A DNA stretch of 63,192 nucleotides, the filler included, from Trichomonas gallinae (lineage: Eukaryota): the NCBI GenBank assembly GCA_008369845.1. It is 4 parts of 4 records of this genome, joined end to end, with 100 filler letters (N's around TTAATTAATTAA, not from the genome) between each part and the next. Parts side by side here need not be neighbours in the genome. Positions count along the whole stretch, not along the records: positions 36,121 to 55,923 come from MRSU01000077.1; 3 more parts are not named here. One strand, written 5' to 3'. The notes below the pieces were generated by a model. That model ran no database searches, was not told the origin of the DNA, and was given only the letters and a program-made list of their open reading frames with translations. Both the position numbers and the translations under genes were made by a program. How positions within the stretch are numbered: the first letter of the stretch is position 1; every line of letters begins with the position of its first letter. Positions 44,301 through 52,258 of the stretch are shown one piece after another.

Positions 44301-45981
44301 TCAGTTGACGAGCACAATAGACTACTTTGTATCCACCGAATACACGAAGCTGTGGGTTACAGGCAGAGTTTCTAACTTCGAATATTTGATGGCGTTGAAC
44401 CAGTTTTCTGGCAGAACATTTCAATCTTTAAGTCAGTATCCAGTCATGCCTTGGCTACTGAACAACTACGACGACGCTGAGATCGAGTTCACACCAGATT
44501 TCAATCTAACGAAATCCAAGTATCTCAGGGATCTTTCGAAGCCAATCGGAACAATAAATCCAATGAGACTGAAGGTTTTGGCGAGACGCGCAAAAGATAC
44601 GAAATGGCTATACGAGAAATGGAACTCAACTCCACAAAGAGTTTGCCAATATCTTGCAAGAATACAACCATTTGGTTCTATGGCCAAGGTGAAGCCTTCA
44701 TCAATACAAGAAGAATACAAGACGTCAACAGAAACAATGAGCAACTACGAAGAATTAATTCCAGAATTCTTCTTCATGCCAGAAGCCTTCGAAGGCATGA
44801 AACTGCCAGTCTGGGCTAAGAATTCTCCATTCATGTTCGTTTACCTGCACAGGAAGATCTTGGAGAGTGATGCAGTGTCAAGTGAGCTCCACAGATGGAT
44901 TGATTTGATTTTCGGTAATTCAAGAAGTGACCTCAATAAATTCGAGCCTTCTGTCTATGATGGAACTAATCCATCTATAGGCATCGTCCCAACACAGCTT
45001 TTCAAGTCATACCATCCTCCGAGAAAGCTTGCACACAAGAAGCAATTGAAGTATGTTGTCATGAATCCAATATATCCGGATCCAAAATGCATGTGCGTTA
45101 TCAAGAAAGACGCAGAAGAAATCACTGCTCTGTATGTTGATGCTTTAGGCGTTGTCAGATCAGCGAGGCACAACGCAGAGAAGGAATCATCTACTTTGAT
45201 CAATGAGAAGCAGTTCGAGATGCAAGCTGCTGTCGAAAACATGTCAGATAGCATGAACACTATGATTCCGATTTCTCCGAAAAAGATTTTGATAATTGGA
45301 AAGAAGAAGGACAGAGTTTTCTTCATTTCTCTCGATAGCGAGAAATGCAAGGAAACAAAATTCCACTCAAACATCGCCGCTTATGACTTCTCGAACAGTC
45401 TCATGGCGTTCGCATTGACTGATTCCATGATTTCAATCTACAAGCACAGCGAGTCGATGATTTTCTCTGTGCAACTCAGTGCAGGTATCATAGAAACAAT
45501 GACAGTGTCTGCTATTTTCCACATCATCGCTGTAGGAACGCGCGAAGGCGAAATCTACATTGTTTCAATCATATCTAAGAATGTTACGCAAATATTGAGC
45601 CTAGGTTCATTTATCTGCACGAAGCTCGTAATCTCAAGGTGCTGGGGATTCATCGTCGCTTTTTGTGAAGGCGGCGACAACGCGAATCTGTCTGCAAAAG
45701 TCTGCGTTTACACATGCAATGGAGAACTTGTCACTGAGTATCCAATAGACAGAGTTCCAACATGTGTCTGCACTTATTATGACTTGAATGGCTTCGACTA
45801 TGTCGTTTGCTCGAATTCGAATCAGGAGATTTACATGTTTGAGGCTCCTTTCCCCAATAAAATGATAAAGTTATGTGATAAAGTCGGCGACTGTATCAAT
45901 CTTGAGCCATGGGGATCAAGATGCATCCTTGCTACAATAGCAGACGGTTCTATTCACGTAATTCCACTTCCTAATAGTTAA
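38362..45981 (+). CDS. Beige/BEACH domain protein (ConA-like, PH, BEACH, WD40)
   Basis: TKLWVTGRVSNFEYLMALNQFSGRTFQSLSQYPVMPW, RDLSKPIG, ELIPEFF, LPVWA, HRKILESDAVSSELHRWIDLIFG and C-terminal WD40. Confidence 0.93.
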   Translation: MNDFLPIPKLFQAILELNCNIGNDVNQLPPMVKDSNPPLSFPLLSQDNISKIVRKLEENIKIVSIFKDIPWNYPFDISLATKIMASFPIMLNIPKYTSTLILNTYISLIISENNSEHVSLIFELLKNIISQPNSTISLEIRHIAASAFASLYNFSGIIIRSPDISQYITNLRTFIVDNSDLPKSAFSLLTPIAQDVLDKKQMFETFIKNAEVIFTKCKNRFTIEDIDGFIRLICDPLVKPTVPAIHILAIIVQMTGRVSILPFVVSLPYAMKDMITSKKRKCIIDNTENLKLFKLEFNNNTQHKHKGSLLEGIPEFGNLPDFSLDKIEEFIDPDTAEFCQATAELLATDSQFPDTFIETVIMQIKNNAEAPFLLDLIAAYVFSLKLTQMKKYFVPIVDCFFTSVLFDPKMTIYSPLPHFKAVNAIRQEVAMLMISNEFEKVKLILDFLFSFPLAFSELIFRIIQLPDYMFNNIFITADYYCELFKKSMNIELDQENKFPVTQLRLALLYLYDKFINVTYYADYLFEQMQFIETIFKYAANSKLTKFLLTNIAKYITGPTTLQSSELIHEIKANIHKVLEKPLTTPKLQEYYLEFLKLLNSIIMVKKFHIKNFLKTITRIVEKTADLPNAALSQQIISETLSIMITISENAEFSRSELTKLKLGIRRLYGDEPPFAIMHKILEIAKGTKINVTSEPFIVIRPSSINLLLEVFERSKHIYIILKYLKNLVLSTPANKNMFHKGTTDIKLIDMIKEMKSLKCVDLAFEILKLISSEICSGIVVNRFISLFWPIEEKYRLNYQPQAINFITMMIDEFHNVPEIGYTLSTEPMQVQCLQSEMLSNCTLLAWFFVNNTDNDIVLFSMADEIGTTVSINIINQCVAGSVTYNGTMRVGPSQIVCPVGYWFPMLVSFIGDPKNDKYEISFYLDENNKKVQTFSMPPFKQGRALIQFSYEKNPQTFNGMVGPFGIFNALVNPTELLDLNVKQVPARDDLIIWLNPVKEGDRVGIKVYPESKQYRIFHDPPLCQSTDSFLTILSTRIGISVLLPLYGELDMPFCDGSKFENGPCMITFLLGKILPTCKTSQIDYMKNEGFSIIVHLLEQASPSNRTYELYAGFYNILHLLPGDVIVSFLSTLILNFELWMDSHDFAKITYHWANVVFTGYPVICNELFPIRRILNWLRSNIFYQPVEGGIIAPKLPPHSQEVISEIRRNIFAAAEALKNYVTTDDINLVINQIITNGEKMQILDLLEFLTCIICDNNEIDYSHLPLLSTLVATLDYDIIIALLKAIKSINTVVKSFILDEQLGVIIANFPTCLITDEFFNKLYTVCVSEPSFFPLLAFFTCADVNYCMTVYSKFPPSRDLLAKKFSSVYTCYAYCIYSQEIRADILEFIIKCGPSIWPNIYYMLDFVSRSLGLNTITISRDFVNKIANLFEPSPAQTSVSEADAFLEIIRSFLFTKPCNYVAPTMKTLGKLCQSTYGDQIEMMPDQIDSATLSSLHLSNDADEEEEEKSELTPSPNVPPPPPPPPQSSSPPPDGLPEVPPPPQATMMLSQIIRKQLLDSRIILKRPPSRKVSLLSPNILFDACRNIMRIKSSVANSKTFDSPYKLLISKFKQEMVQENVYNKIHTKLLATITKRRFGLMCDSVGHWMEVKLAELALDVFSYFMLRHHRSTAALICSYLLKTSSEKPYEIMKLPVMNIKLLPEHCIFNSFATKFNREILPAAKMPYSELMKNADLALSMIARGDACSNYAASYVEYIGIMTRKALFAKDITHDPILNTMIEGSQELQVRNISMQHYNRKKWRKFWSRQTIKGYPWYNSVKIDTEQIQKKRLMINCAFNIPMKVKTVYARPAQQKNNVFYDRGDDTDENISQETQISVKKMPTVQEEFTCEMVTINATINITVEVCSDCLMLKRKLDPTVRVIKYKNIIYVMLKPAGKNYNYIEIYLNSGSSILLNMNGKKTALDMIYLFNSKDLPSLRMPVQLTSTIDYFVSTEYTKLWVTGRVSNFEYLMALNQFSGRTFQSLSQYPVMPWLLNNYDDAEIEFTPDFNLTKSKYLRDLSKPIGTINPMRLKVLARRAKDTKWLYEKWNSTPQRVCQYLARIQPFGSMAKVKPSSIQEEYKTSTETMSNYEELIPEFFFMPEAFEGMKLPVWAKNSPFMFVYLHRKILESDAVSSELHRWIDLIFGNSRSDLNKFEPSVYDGTNPSIGIVPTQLFKSYHPPRKLAHKKQLKYVVMNPIYPDPKCMCVIKKDAEEITALYVDALGVVRSARHNAEKESSTLINEKQFEMQAAVENMSDSMNTMIPISPKKILIIGKKKDRVFFISLDSEKCKETKFHSNIAAYDFSNSLMAFALTDSMISIYKHSESMIFSVQLSAGIIETMTVSAIFHIIAVGTREGEIYIVSIISKNVTQILSLGSFICTKLVISRCWGFIVAFCEGGDNANLSAKVCVYTCNGELVTEYPIDRVPTCVCTYYDLNGFDYVVCSNSNQEIYMFEAPFPNKMIKLCDKVGDCINLEPWGSRCILATIADGSIHVIPLPNS

Positions 45982-46283
45982 TTTTGTTTTGTAAATATTT
46001 TGTATATATATTATTTTATTATTTCATTAATTTTTTGCTCAACATTCTTTTCATTTATTAGAAGGAATCCTCATATATATTCTTGCTCATTAAGTTTTGC
46101 ATTTAAACAAATCAAAGGAGTCAAGGATGATACTAAAAGAGCAAATTTTAAAAGATCTAACAAAGCCATATGTTTCTACACTAATTGGTTAAATATTGAT
46201 AGAACTGTAATATTGAGGATGATGATTTAGAAAAATAGTGAAGTTTAAAAAATTTGATTTATTATAAATTAATAACAAACAAA

Positions 46284-47936
46284 TTAGAAAGAGATTGTGT
46301 TGCTATAGAAATAAACAGATAAAGCTGCAAAAATCACAAGGATTATTAAGAACACAACAAGGAATGAAATAAAGTTGATGTTCTTTGATTTTTGAGCAAC
46401 TTTCTTATATGTATCAAAGCATTCTTTGTTGAAGAGAGTATCGAATTCATAATAATCTTTCTCATCCTTTGTGTGGTTGTTGTACCAGACTTGGGCGAAG
46501 AACTGATTCTTTTCAGCAATTCTTCCGTAGTCCCAAGCATTCGATGGAATGAAGCAATGTGGGCACCAGTGGCCTCCCCTCAAAATTATGTTTGGAGTTG
46601 CTTCGAATTCTCTGCCGCAGTGGCCGCATTTCCATGTAACTTTCTCATACAATGAGTCAACATGCTCGCTAACTAAGCATCCACCACGGAATGCTGCAGC
46701 AGCCTTGAGGTCATCAACAGTCAAAGAATTGAAAGGCTTAGATTCATCATATCCATGGGAAATGATGTATTTCTCTGCATTCTTTATTGATGTTTCGTAG
46801 TGTTTAATTGGGAATTGTGACCATGATGTTTCGAGCTTGTTGAACTCTTCGATTGAGCCGAAAGAAGACTTGATTCTCGCCATGTCATTATTCTTGATCC
46901 ATCCGAGTGTTCCGAAGTTTTTATCATTAGCAATCATCTTCATGAATGGCTTTGCCATGAATGAAACGTTCTTGATAAATCTCGATGCCTTGATCAACTT
47001 GAAAGATAAGTCTGCCTTTGATAACAACTGCTCGAAGTATTCTTCTGTTGGAATGTTCTCTCTGAACTTAAGGTAGTTCTCCAAAACGTCACTGTCTGCG
47101 TAATAATGACCGTGGAAATTCTTTGTCGCGAACCAGTTTGGCTGCGTGATGTCCTTGATTGAGCCAATTCCTGCTGTTCTAAGAATCAAGTCTTCGAACT
47201 CATAGTTTGTCAATCTATAGAACTCACCACTACCAATGTTATAGAACCTTCTCCAGAACTCATCAGGGAGCTCAAAGTCGACGAAGTTTTTCATCAAGCG
47301 TCCGCTGTCTTCAACAGTGCACCACTCTAAAACTCCGTTTAAAGGAACATGATACATGATTGGCTTCATATTGTTCAAGAGTCCAGAATGGAGGATTCCG
47401 CTCTGTCTAAAGACTGCCCAATGCTTGAGGCCGCTCTCAGCGAATACACGCTCAGCGAGAATTTTTGAGAGTCCGTAGTGATCATATAGTGAGACTTTTA
47501 TTGGATCTCCTGTTCTTCCCCAGTGTATTGGGTAATTTCTGTCACCTGTCTCTGCTACACTTCCAATGTATACAACTTTGATGTCGTCTTTGTTCTTTTG
47601 AGCTTTAATTGCATTAACAACATTTTCTGCGCCGTGAACGTTAACATCATATGTTTCTTGAGGCTTATCGTCTGCTATTGGGGAAACCATGCCTCCAATG
47701 TGTAAAACATAATCTGAACCGTTAATGAAATGTAAAACTTCGTCGTAATTGCGCAAATCACCATAAATTGCTTCGATATTATCGTTTTTGCCTATAAACT
47801 TTTGTGCTTTCTTCTTTTCCGATGGATATGGAAGAACTAACATTCTTATTTTGATATCTTTGAGATTGAGTAATTGCTTAATTGTCTCACTGCCCATGAC
47901 ACCTGTGGCACCTGTGACACATACTGTCTTTACCAT
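46284..47936 (-). CDS. Extended SDR / NAD-dependent epimerase-dehydratase (3-beta-hydroxysteroid dehydrogenase-like) with zinc-ribbon and C-terminal TM anchor
   Basis: VTGATGVMG (Rossmann), GSVAETG (Ser), YGLSK (YxxxK), WKCGHC...GHWCPHC and a hydrophobic tail FISFLVVFLIILVIFAALSVYFY. Confidence 0.85.
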   Translation of the reverse strand: MVKTVCVTGATGVMGSETIKQLLNLKDIKIRMLVLPYPSEKKKAQKFIGKNDNIEAIYGDLRNYDEVLHFINGSDYVLHIGGMVSPIADDKPQETYDVNVHGAENVVNAIKAQKNKDDIKVVYIGSVAETGDRNYPIHWGRTGDPIKVSLYDHYGLSKILAERVFAESGLKHWAVFRQSGILHSGLLNNMKPIMYHVPLNGVLEWCTVEDSGRLMKNFVDFELPDEFWRRFYNIGSGEFYRLTNYEFEDLILRTAGIGSIKDITQPNWFATKNFHGHYYADSDVLENYLKFRENIPTEEYFEQLLSKADLSFKLIKASRFIKNVSFMAKPFMKMIANDKNFGTLGWIKNNDMARIKSSFGSIEEFNKLETSWSQFPIKHYETSIKNAEKYIISHGYDESKPFNSLTVDDLKAAAAFRGGCLVSEHVDSLYEKVTWKCGHCGREFEATPNIILRGGHWCPHCFIPSNAWDYGRIAEKNQFFAQVWYNNHTKDEKDYYEFDTLFNKECFDTYKKVAQKSKNINFISFLVVFLIILVIFAALSVYFYSNTISF

Positions 47937-47948
47937 TTTACTTCTAGT

Positions 47949-47953
47949 AATGA
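47949..47953 (-). promoter_or_regulatory. Initiator (Inr, TCATT) of the SDR gene
   Basis: Minus strand TTTCATTACTAGAAGTAAA-ATG. Confidence 0.6.
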
Positions 47954-48402
47954 AATTGGATTTGATATGTCAAAAATTTTTCCTAAAAATTTTAATCCAA
48001 AATTTTATATAACTGATCCAAGTTTTTGTCATTGAAAACTGGTTTTTAGCATTATTATGTCATACATACACATATTTATTCATTTATCCGTAATTTTATC
48101 AAAATTCGAAAATTTTTTTTTCTCAAAAACCTCGTGAAATTTCTTAATTTCGGATCATATTGTGATAAAATGTAAAATTATGCATATTCGAATCATCAAA
48201 CACCAAATTAAATAATCATTTTCCTCTATTTTAATAAATCTTATTTTAAAGTTATCTAATAAGTTTCATAACTTGATCCAATAGACAACATTATGCTATA
48301 CTAGCTATACTATATATGACTCATATATACTTTTATCATATGTCGATTATTTTCTGAGATATAACTAAAATAATGATGTGGGAAATTATTAAACAAATAA
48401 TT

Positions 48403-49173
48403 TTAATAAACAAAAGGAATGATTCTCTTCTTCTTGAGGACAACGCTGCCGAATTCAGCTATGTATTTCTCGTAGATCTTGTGTGCGCGAGGAACGAGAT
48501 TCGCAATTGTCCACCAGACAAAAACAAGGCCTGATAATGACTGCGTCATAATTGAAAAACCAGTCCACTCGACAATTTCACCGAAGTAGTTTGCGGACGT
48601 CACGAATCTGTAGAAGCCCTTATTAGGAAGGTAATGCTTGGTGTCTCCTGGCTTTCTTAAGTTCCTGATGACATGGTCACTGTGGATGTTGATGGAGATG
48701 CCTGCAACGAACAAGGCTATGCCTAACAGGAAATGTGTCGAGAAAATTATATCGTTAGAATAGTCCTTCTCGAAAAAGATGCAGCATCCTTGCATGTAAC
48801 CATTGCAGGTATTGAAAACCATGCCCATTACCATCACTGAAAGGGGCATAACAGATCTGCCTTTAATGAGTAGTGGGAATATGAAGGATCTTTGGAAATA
48901 ATGCGTTTGGAAAGCTAAAAAGAAAATTGTTGTCATTAAGTTCTTCTTTTCTGAGAAATAGAACATGATACACATGATAATGAACACAGGGCATTCCATT
49001 AATATCCATGCAACTTTATTATTTATTGATGGTCCCCAAGTTTTGCTCGCGAATTTTCCGTATCCGGCTGTAATGAAGTAAAGAGCAATGAATATGGCGA
49101 GGGCAATGGCAGACATCACTGCCATGTACGCGTCAAGAGCATAGCCACTCAAGACAAGTCTGTCGAACTCCAT
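48403..49173 (-). CDS. 3-oxo-5-alpha-steroid 4-dehydrogenase (steroid 5-alpha-reductase, SRD5A family)
   Basis: AGYGKF, AWILMECP, HYFQRS, NGYMQ, INIHSDHVIRNLRKPGD, SANYFGEIVEW, ANLVPRA and KRIIPFVY; multi-pass hydrophobic, 256 aa. Confidence 0.93.
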   Translation of the reverse strand: MEFDRLVLSGYALDAYMAVMSAIALAIFIALYFITAGYGKFASKTWGPSINNKVAWILMECPVFIIMCIMFYFSEKKNLMTTIFFLAFQTHYFQRSFIFPLLIKGRSVMPLSVMVMGMVFNTCNGYMQGCCIFFEKDYSNDIIFSTHFLLGIALFVAGISINIHSDHVIRNLRKPGDTKHYLPNKGFYRFVTSANYFGEIVEWTGFSIMTQSLSGLVFVWWTIANLVPRAHKIYEKYIAEFGSVVLKKKRIIPFVY

Positions 49174-49181
49174 TCTATAAA

Positions 49182-49197
49182 AATGATGCTAAAATGA
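49182..49197 (-). promoter_or_regulatory. Tandem Inr elements (TCATT x2) of the 5-alpha-reductase gene
   Basis: Minus strand TACTCATTTTAGCATCATTTTTATAGA-ATG. Confidence 0.6.
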
Positions 49198-49326
49198 GTA
49201 ATTTTTCAATACATTAAAAGTTGAGGGGAAAACGATAATTTCTCTACCATACGATTATTGTCAATTCAAAATTTAATCCAAAAATTCTCATAATTTTTTA
49301 TATATCATATTATAAGCATTATTATC

Positions 49327-49455
49327 ATCGCTTTTACGCCCGTAAAATTTGTAAATTGTCTTAAATTTTTAATGTTTTTACAACATTTATATGAAATAAT
49401 ATTGAATTTTATTAAAATTTTAATATTACAAAGATTTTACGGGCGTGACAGCGAT
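49327..49455. repeat. ~130-bp imperfect inverted repeat (MITE-like hairpin)
   Basis: Left arm ATCGCTTTTACGCCCGTAAAATTTGTAA versus right arm TTACAAAGATTTTACGGGCGTGACAGCGAT; weaker symmetry continues inward. Confidence 0.8.
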
Positions 49456-50440
49456 CAATAAAATTTCATGAAATTACATTATTAGGCTTAGTATTAATTA
49501 TTTTATCCCTCTAAAATTTGACTTGAAAATAATCGTAGATCTGAATTTTTTTTTTTAAATTTAAAACTTATTATAATACCAGATTTGTCACACAGATCAA
49601 AATATTTATTTGTACGTTTAAAAGTTCACAAAAAATTGATTTGATCTAAAAAAAATTTGGATCCAAAAGTTATTGACTAATGAACGTTCAAAATCATGAT
49701 TATACAGCAGCTATTTGCGAAATATTAATACACACATTAATGTAGCTTATATTTCTGGACTAATATCTTGAAAACAAATTAAAAAATATGCAATTTCACG
49801 ATTGCATTCAATGAGCATTATTAACATACATCCTATATTACATATGATAGATCGTAAGATGCTCATTCATTCTCATTTCAAGATTTATTTATTAGATGCT
49901 TTTAATCAATATAATATTTCTCAATACTGATGAATTAGGATCTGTTATGAACATAGTTTATCATATTACAACCATTGAAGCAAATAAAAATCAATAAAAT
50001 TGGATTTCTTTTTAAGCCACTAATGTTATGAGATAATAAAGTCTAAAAATAATGAACCTTATCCCATTTATCTTTTTGAATCTCTTTCCATTTATTTTTT
50101 ATTTCAATAATTTTGTTGTTTTACCATCCAATGTTTATTATTGATAACCTATTGTATATATATCTAACGCTTTTGCGTTCTTTTTATGTTTCTGTTTAAT
50201 TTTGAAAGTTATTTACTTTCTCATTATAATATTGGGATGGATAATTAATAATTCATCAAGATACTTCAATCTTTCTGACTGGGTTAGCATAGTTAACAAA
50301 ATTCAAATGAATGATTTTTCCAATCTAAAATCTGATAGAATTTCCATTACATTCTGAGAATTTTCATAATTATATAATTATATCTTTGCTACAAAGATTT
50401 TTTTTAAATCTAATATATAGATCTATACAATTTGAAGTTG

Positions 50441-51904
50441 TTAAATCTCGAAATCACCAAACTTTGATCGAATGTTTTCATCTTCGACTGACACGAAGTT
50501 TGGATTGCTTAAAAACCATTGAAATAAGTCCGAATTATTCGTTGCGTTAGCAATATCAACAATATCTTGGCCATATCTATTGCGATGATTGAAATCATAC
50601 TTCATCATCGCAAATTTATCAACAAATTCATTTCTGTAATGAAGTGCAGCAACCATTATTGGAGTATTGCCATTCTGATCAACCACATCATAGTTAGCGC
50701 CTTTTTCTAATAGAATATCAACAAAGGAGACATCTAAAGCCTGATATATACAGGCGATCAAGAATGGCTCTTTCGTAGTGACATCTTTTGCATTTATATC
50801 AGCTCCATGTTCTATAAGAATATTAAGGGTGTCAGAATTACGATGACACAAGCACGAAAACAATACATCATTCGACATAGTATTAACACCGAATTTATCA
50901 AGTAGAATTTTTACGGACTTTGCTATATTATGGGCGACGCAATAACCAAAACAAGCATCAATTACTTTTTTCGAAATCTGATAATTATCATTATAAATAT
51001 ATTCCAAATGTTCGCTGAAATTACGCTTGCACGCAAAACGAAATGCTCCGTCAATGAATTTTTGATCATCAATTTTCTTAGCACTCTCCATATAAATAAT
51101 AAATATTTCTAGGGCTATATTGGGACGTATGTATTTTATCTTGACTGGCTTTTTATAATAGTCGATAAAAAACGAGGCTAAATGGTGCAAATGGAAAATT
51201 TGGCAACGATTTTGGATTTCCTCATATACATCATCACTAATATTTTCAGGCAAACTTTCAAAAAGAAAATCGAGGTTATAAAATCCTATAGTTGCAACAA
51301 AATCCATCTTTAAGCCGTATTTTTCAATCAAATAGCTTGCAATGTGGTTTCTATGTGAACAAATGGCTGCATTTAAATCGCCGTCTTCGATTTCGATTTT
51401 TTCTTCGAACGTGTGTATTAATTCATAGTTGTTGCTATATATTGCATATACAAGGAGTCTTTTGTAATCATCAGGATCAATGAGATTATTCAAATAAAAG
51501 TATTTGAAACAATTTATCGAACCTGCTATTATTGCATATTCAATATCCGAAGATGTAACATATTCGAAATGTGTTTGCACGTATTCAAGTCTATCAAAGA
51601 TAACTGCTTCGTTCATTTCAGATCTTTCATAAAAATCGAATTTGCCTTCAATTTTAAAAATTTCTCGAACTTCATCGTACAAAACAGACTTGCGTGGGAA
51701 GAAAATATCAAGTGAACACAACATATATTGAATTGCTTTAAGTAGAATAATCTTCTCTTTGACGTATTTTTTGATTTTATCAACGGATTCATTGAAATTT
51801 TCGCCAGAAAGGTTCCATAGGACATCAATAGCATCTTTAAGCATCGCTAATGGTTCAGGAACCTTAATTCCATTTATTTCAAAGACTTTTATGCAGTCTG
51901 ACAT
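50441..51904 (-). CDS. Ankyrin-repeat protein with DUF3447-like region
   Basis: YAIIAGSINCFKYFYLN, YAIYSNNYELIH and AAICSHRNHIASYL (DUF3447-type); LIEHGADINAKD and GANYDVVDQNGNTPIMVA (ankyrin). Confidence 0.88.
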   Translation of the reverse strand: MSDCIKVFEINGIKVPEPLAMLKDAIDVLWNLSGENFNESVDKIKKYVKEKIILLKAIQYMLCSLDIFFPRKSVLYDEVREIFKIEGKFDFYERSEMNEAVIFDRLEYVQTHFEYVTSSDIEYAIIAGSINCFKYFYLNNLIDPDDYKRLLVYAIYSNNYELIHTFEEKIEIEDGDLNAAICSHRNHIASYLIEKYGLKMDFVATIGFYNLDFLFESLPENISDDVYEEIQNRCQIFHLHHLASFFIDYYKKPVKIKYIRPNIALEIFIIYMESAKKIDDQKFIDGAFRFACKRNFSEHLEYIYNDNYQISKKVIDACFGYCVAHNIAKSVKILLDKFGVNTMSNDVLFSCLCHRNSDTLNILIEHGADINAKDVTTKEPFLIACIYQALDVSFVDILLEKGANYDVVDQNGNTPIMVAALHYRNEFVDKFAMMKYDFNHRNRYGQDIVDIANATNNSDLFQWFLSNPNFVSVEDENIRSKFGDFEI

Positions 51905-51919
51905 CTTGGAAAAAGTCTA

Positions 51920-52024
51920 TTTACATGTCAAAACGATATTATTTACATGACAAATATTACACAATTTTCATTTTTTACATGTCAAATGATAATTACATGC
52001 CAAAATTCCTATCTTTACATGTCA
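51920..52024. promoter_or_regulatory. Cluster of five TTTACATGNCA-type motifs upstream of the ankyrin gene / divergent promoter
   Basis: Copies at 51920, 51942, 51974, 51992 (ATTACATGCCA) and 52014, all in the same orientation. Confidence 0.7.
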
Positions 52025-52258
52025 AAAAACATATTATGTTTTTCATTCGAAAAATTTTATTGAATTACAATAATGGCATTGAATAATGCATAATTTTATT
52101 GTTTAATTTAAAAAATACTAATATTTTTTTTGATTGATCTGAAAAAATAAAGAATTTCATATTAGTTATATTACAAAAAGTGAAAATAACAACTAAAACA
52201 TAATGAATATTTAATTTTTTAGATTTAGCATAAATGACGTTTACAAACAAAAAAAAAT

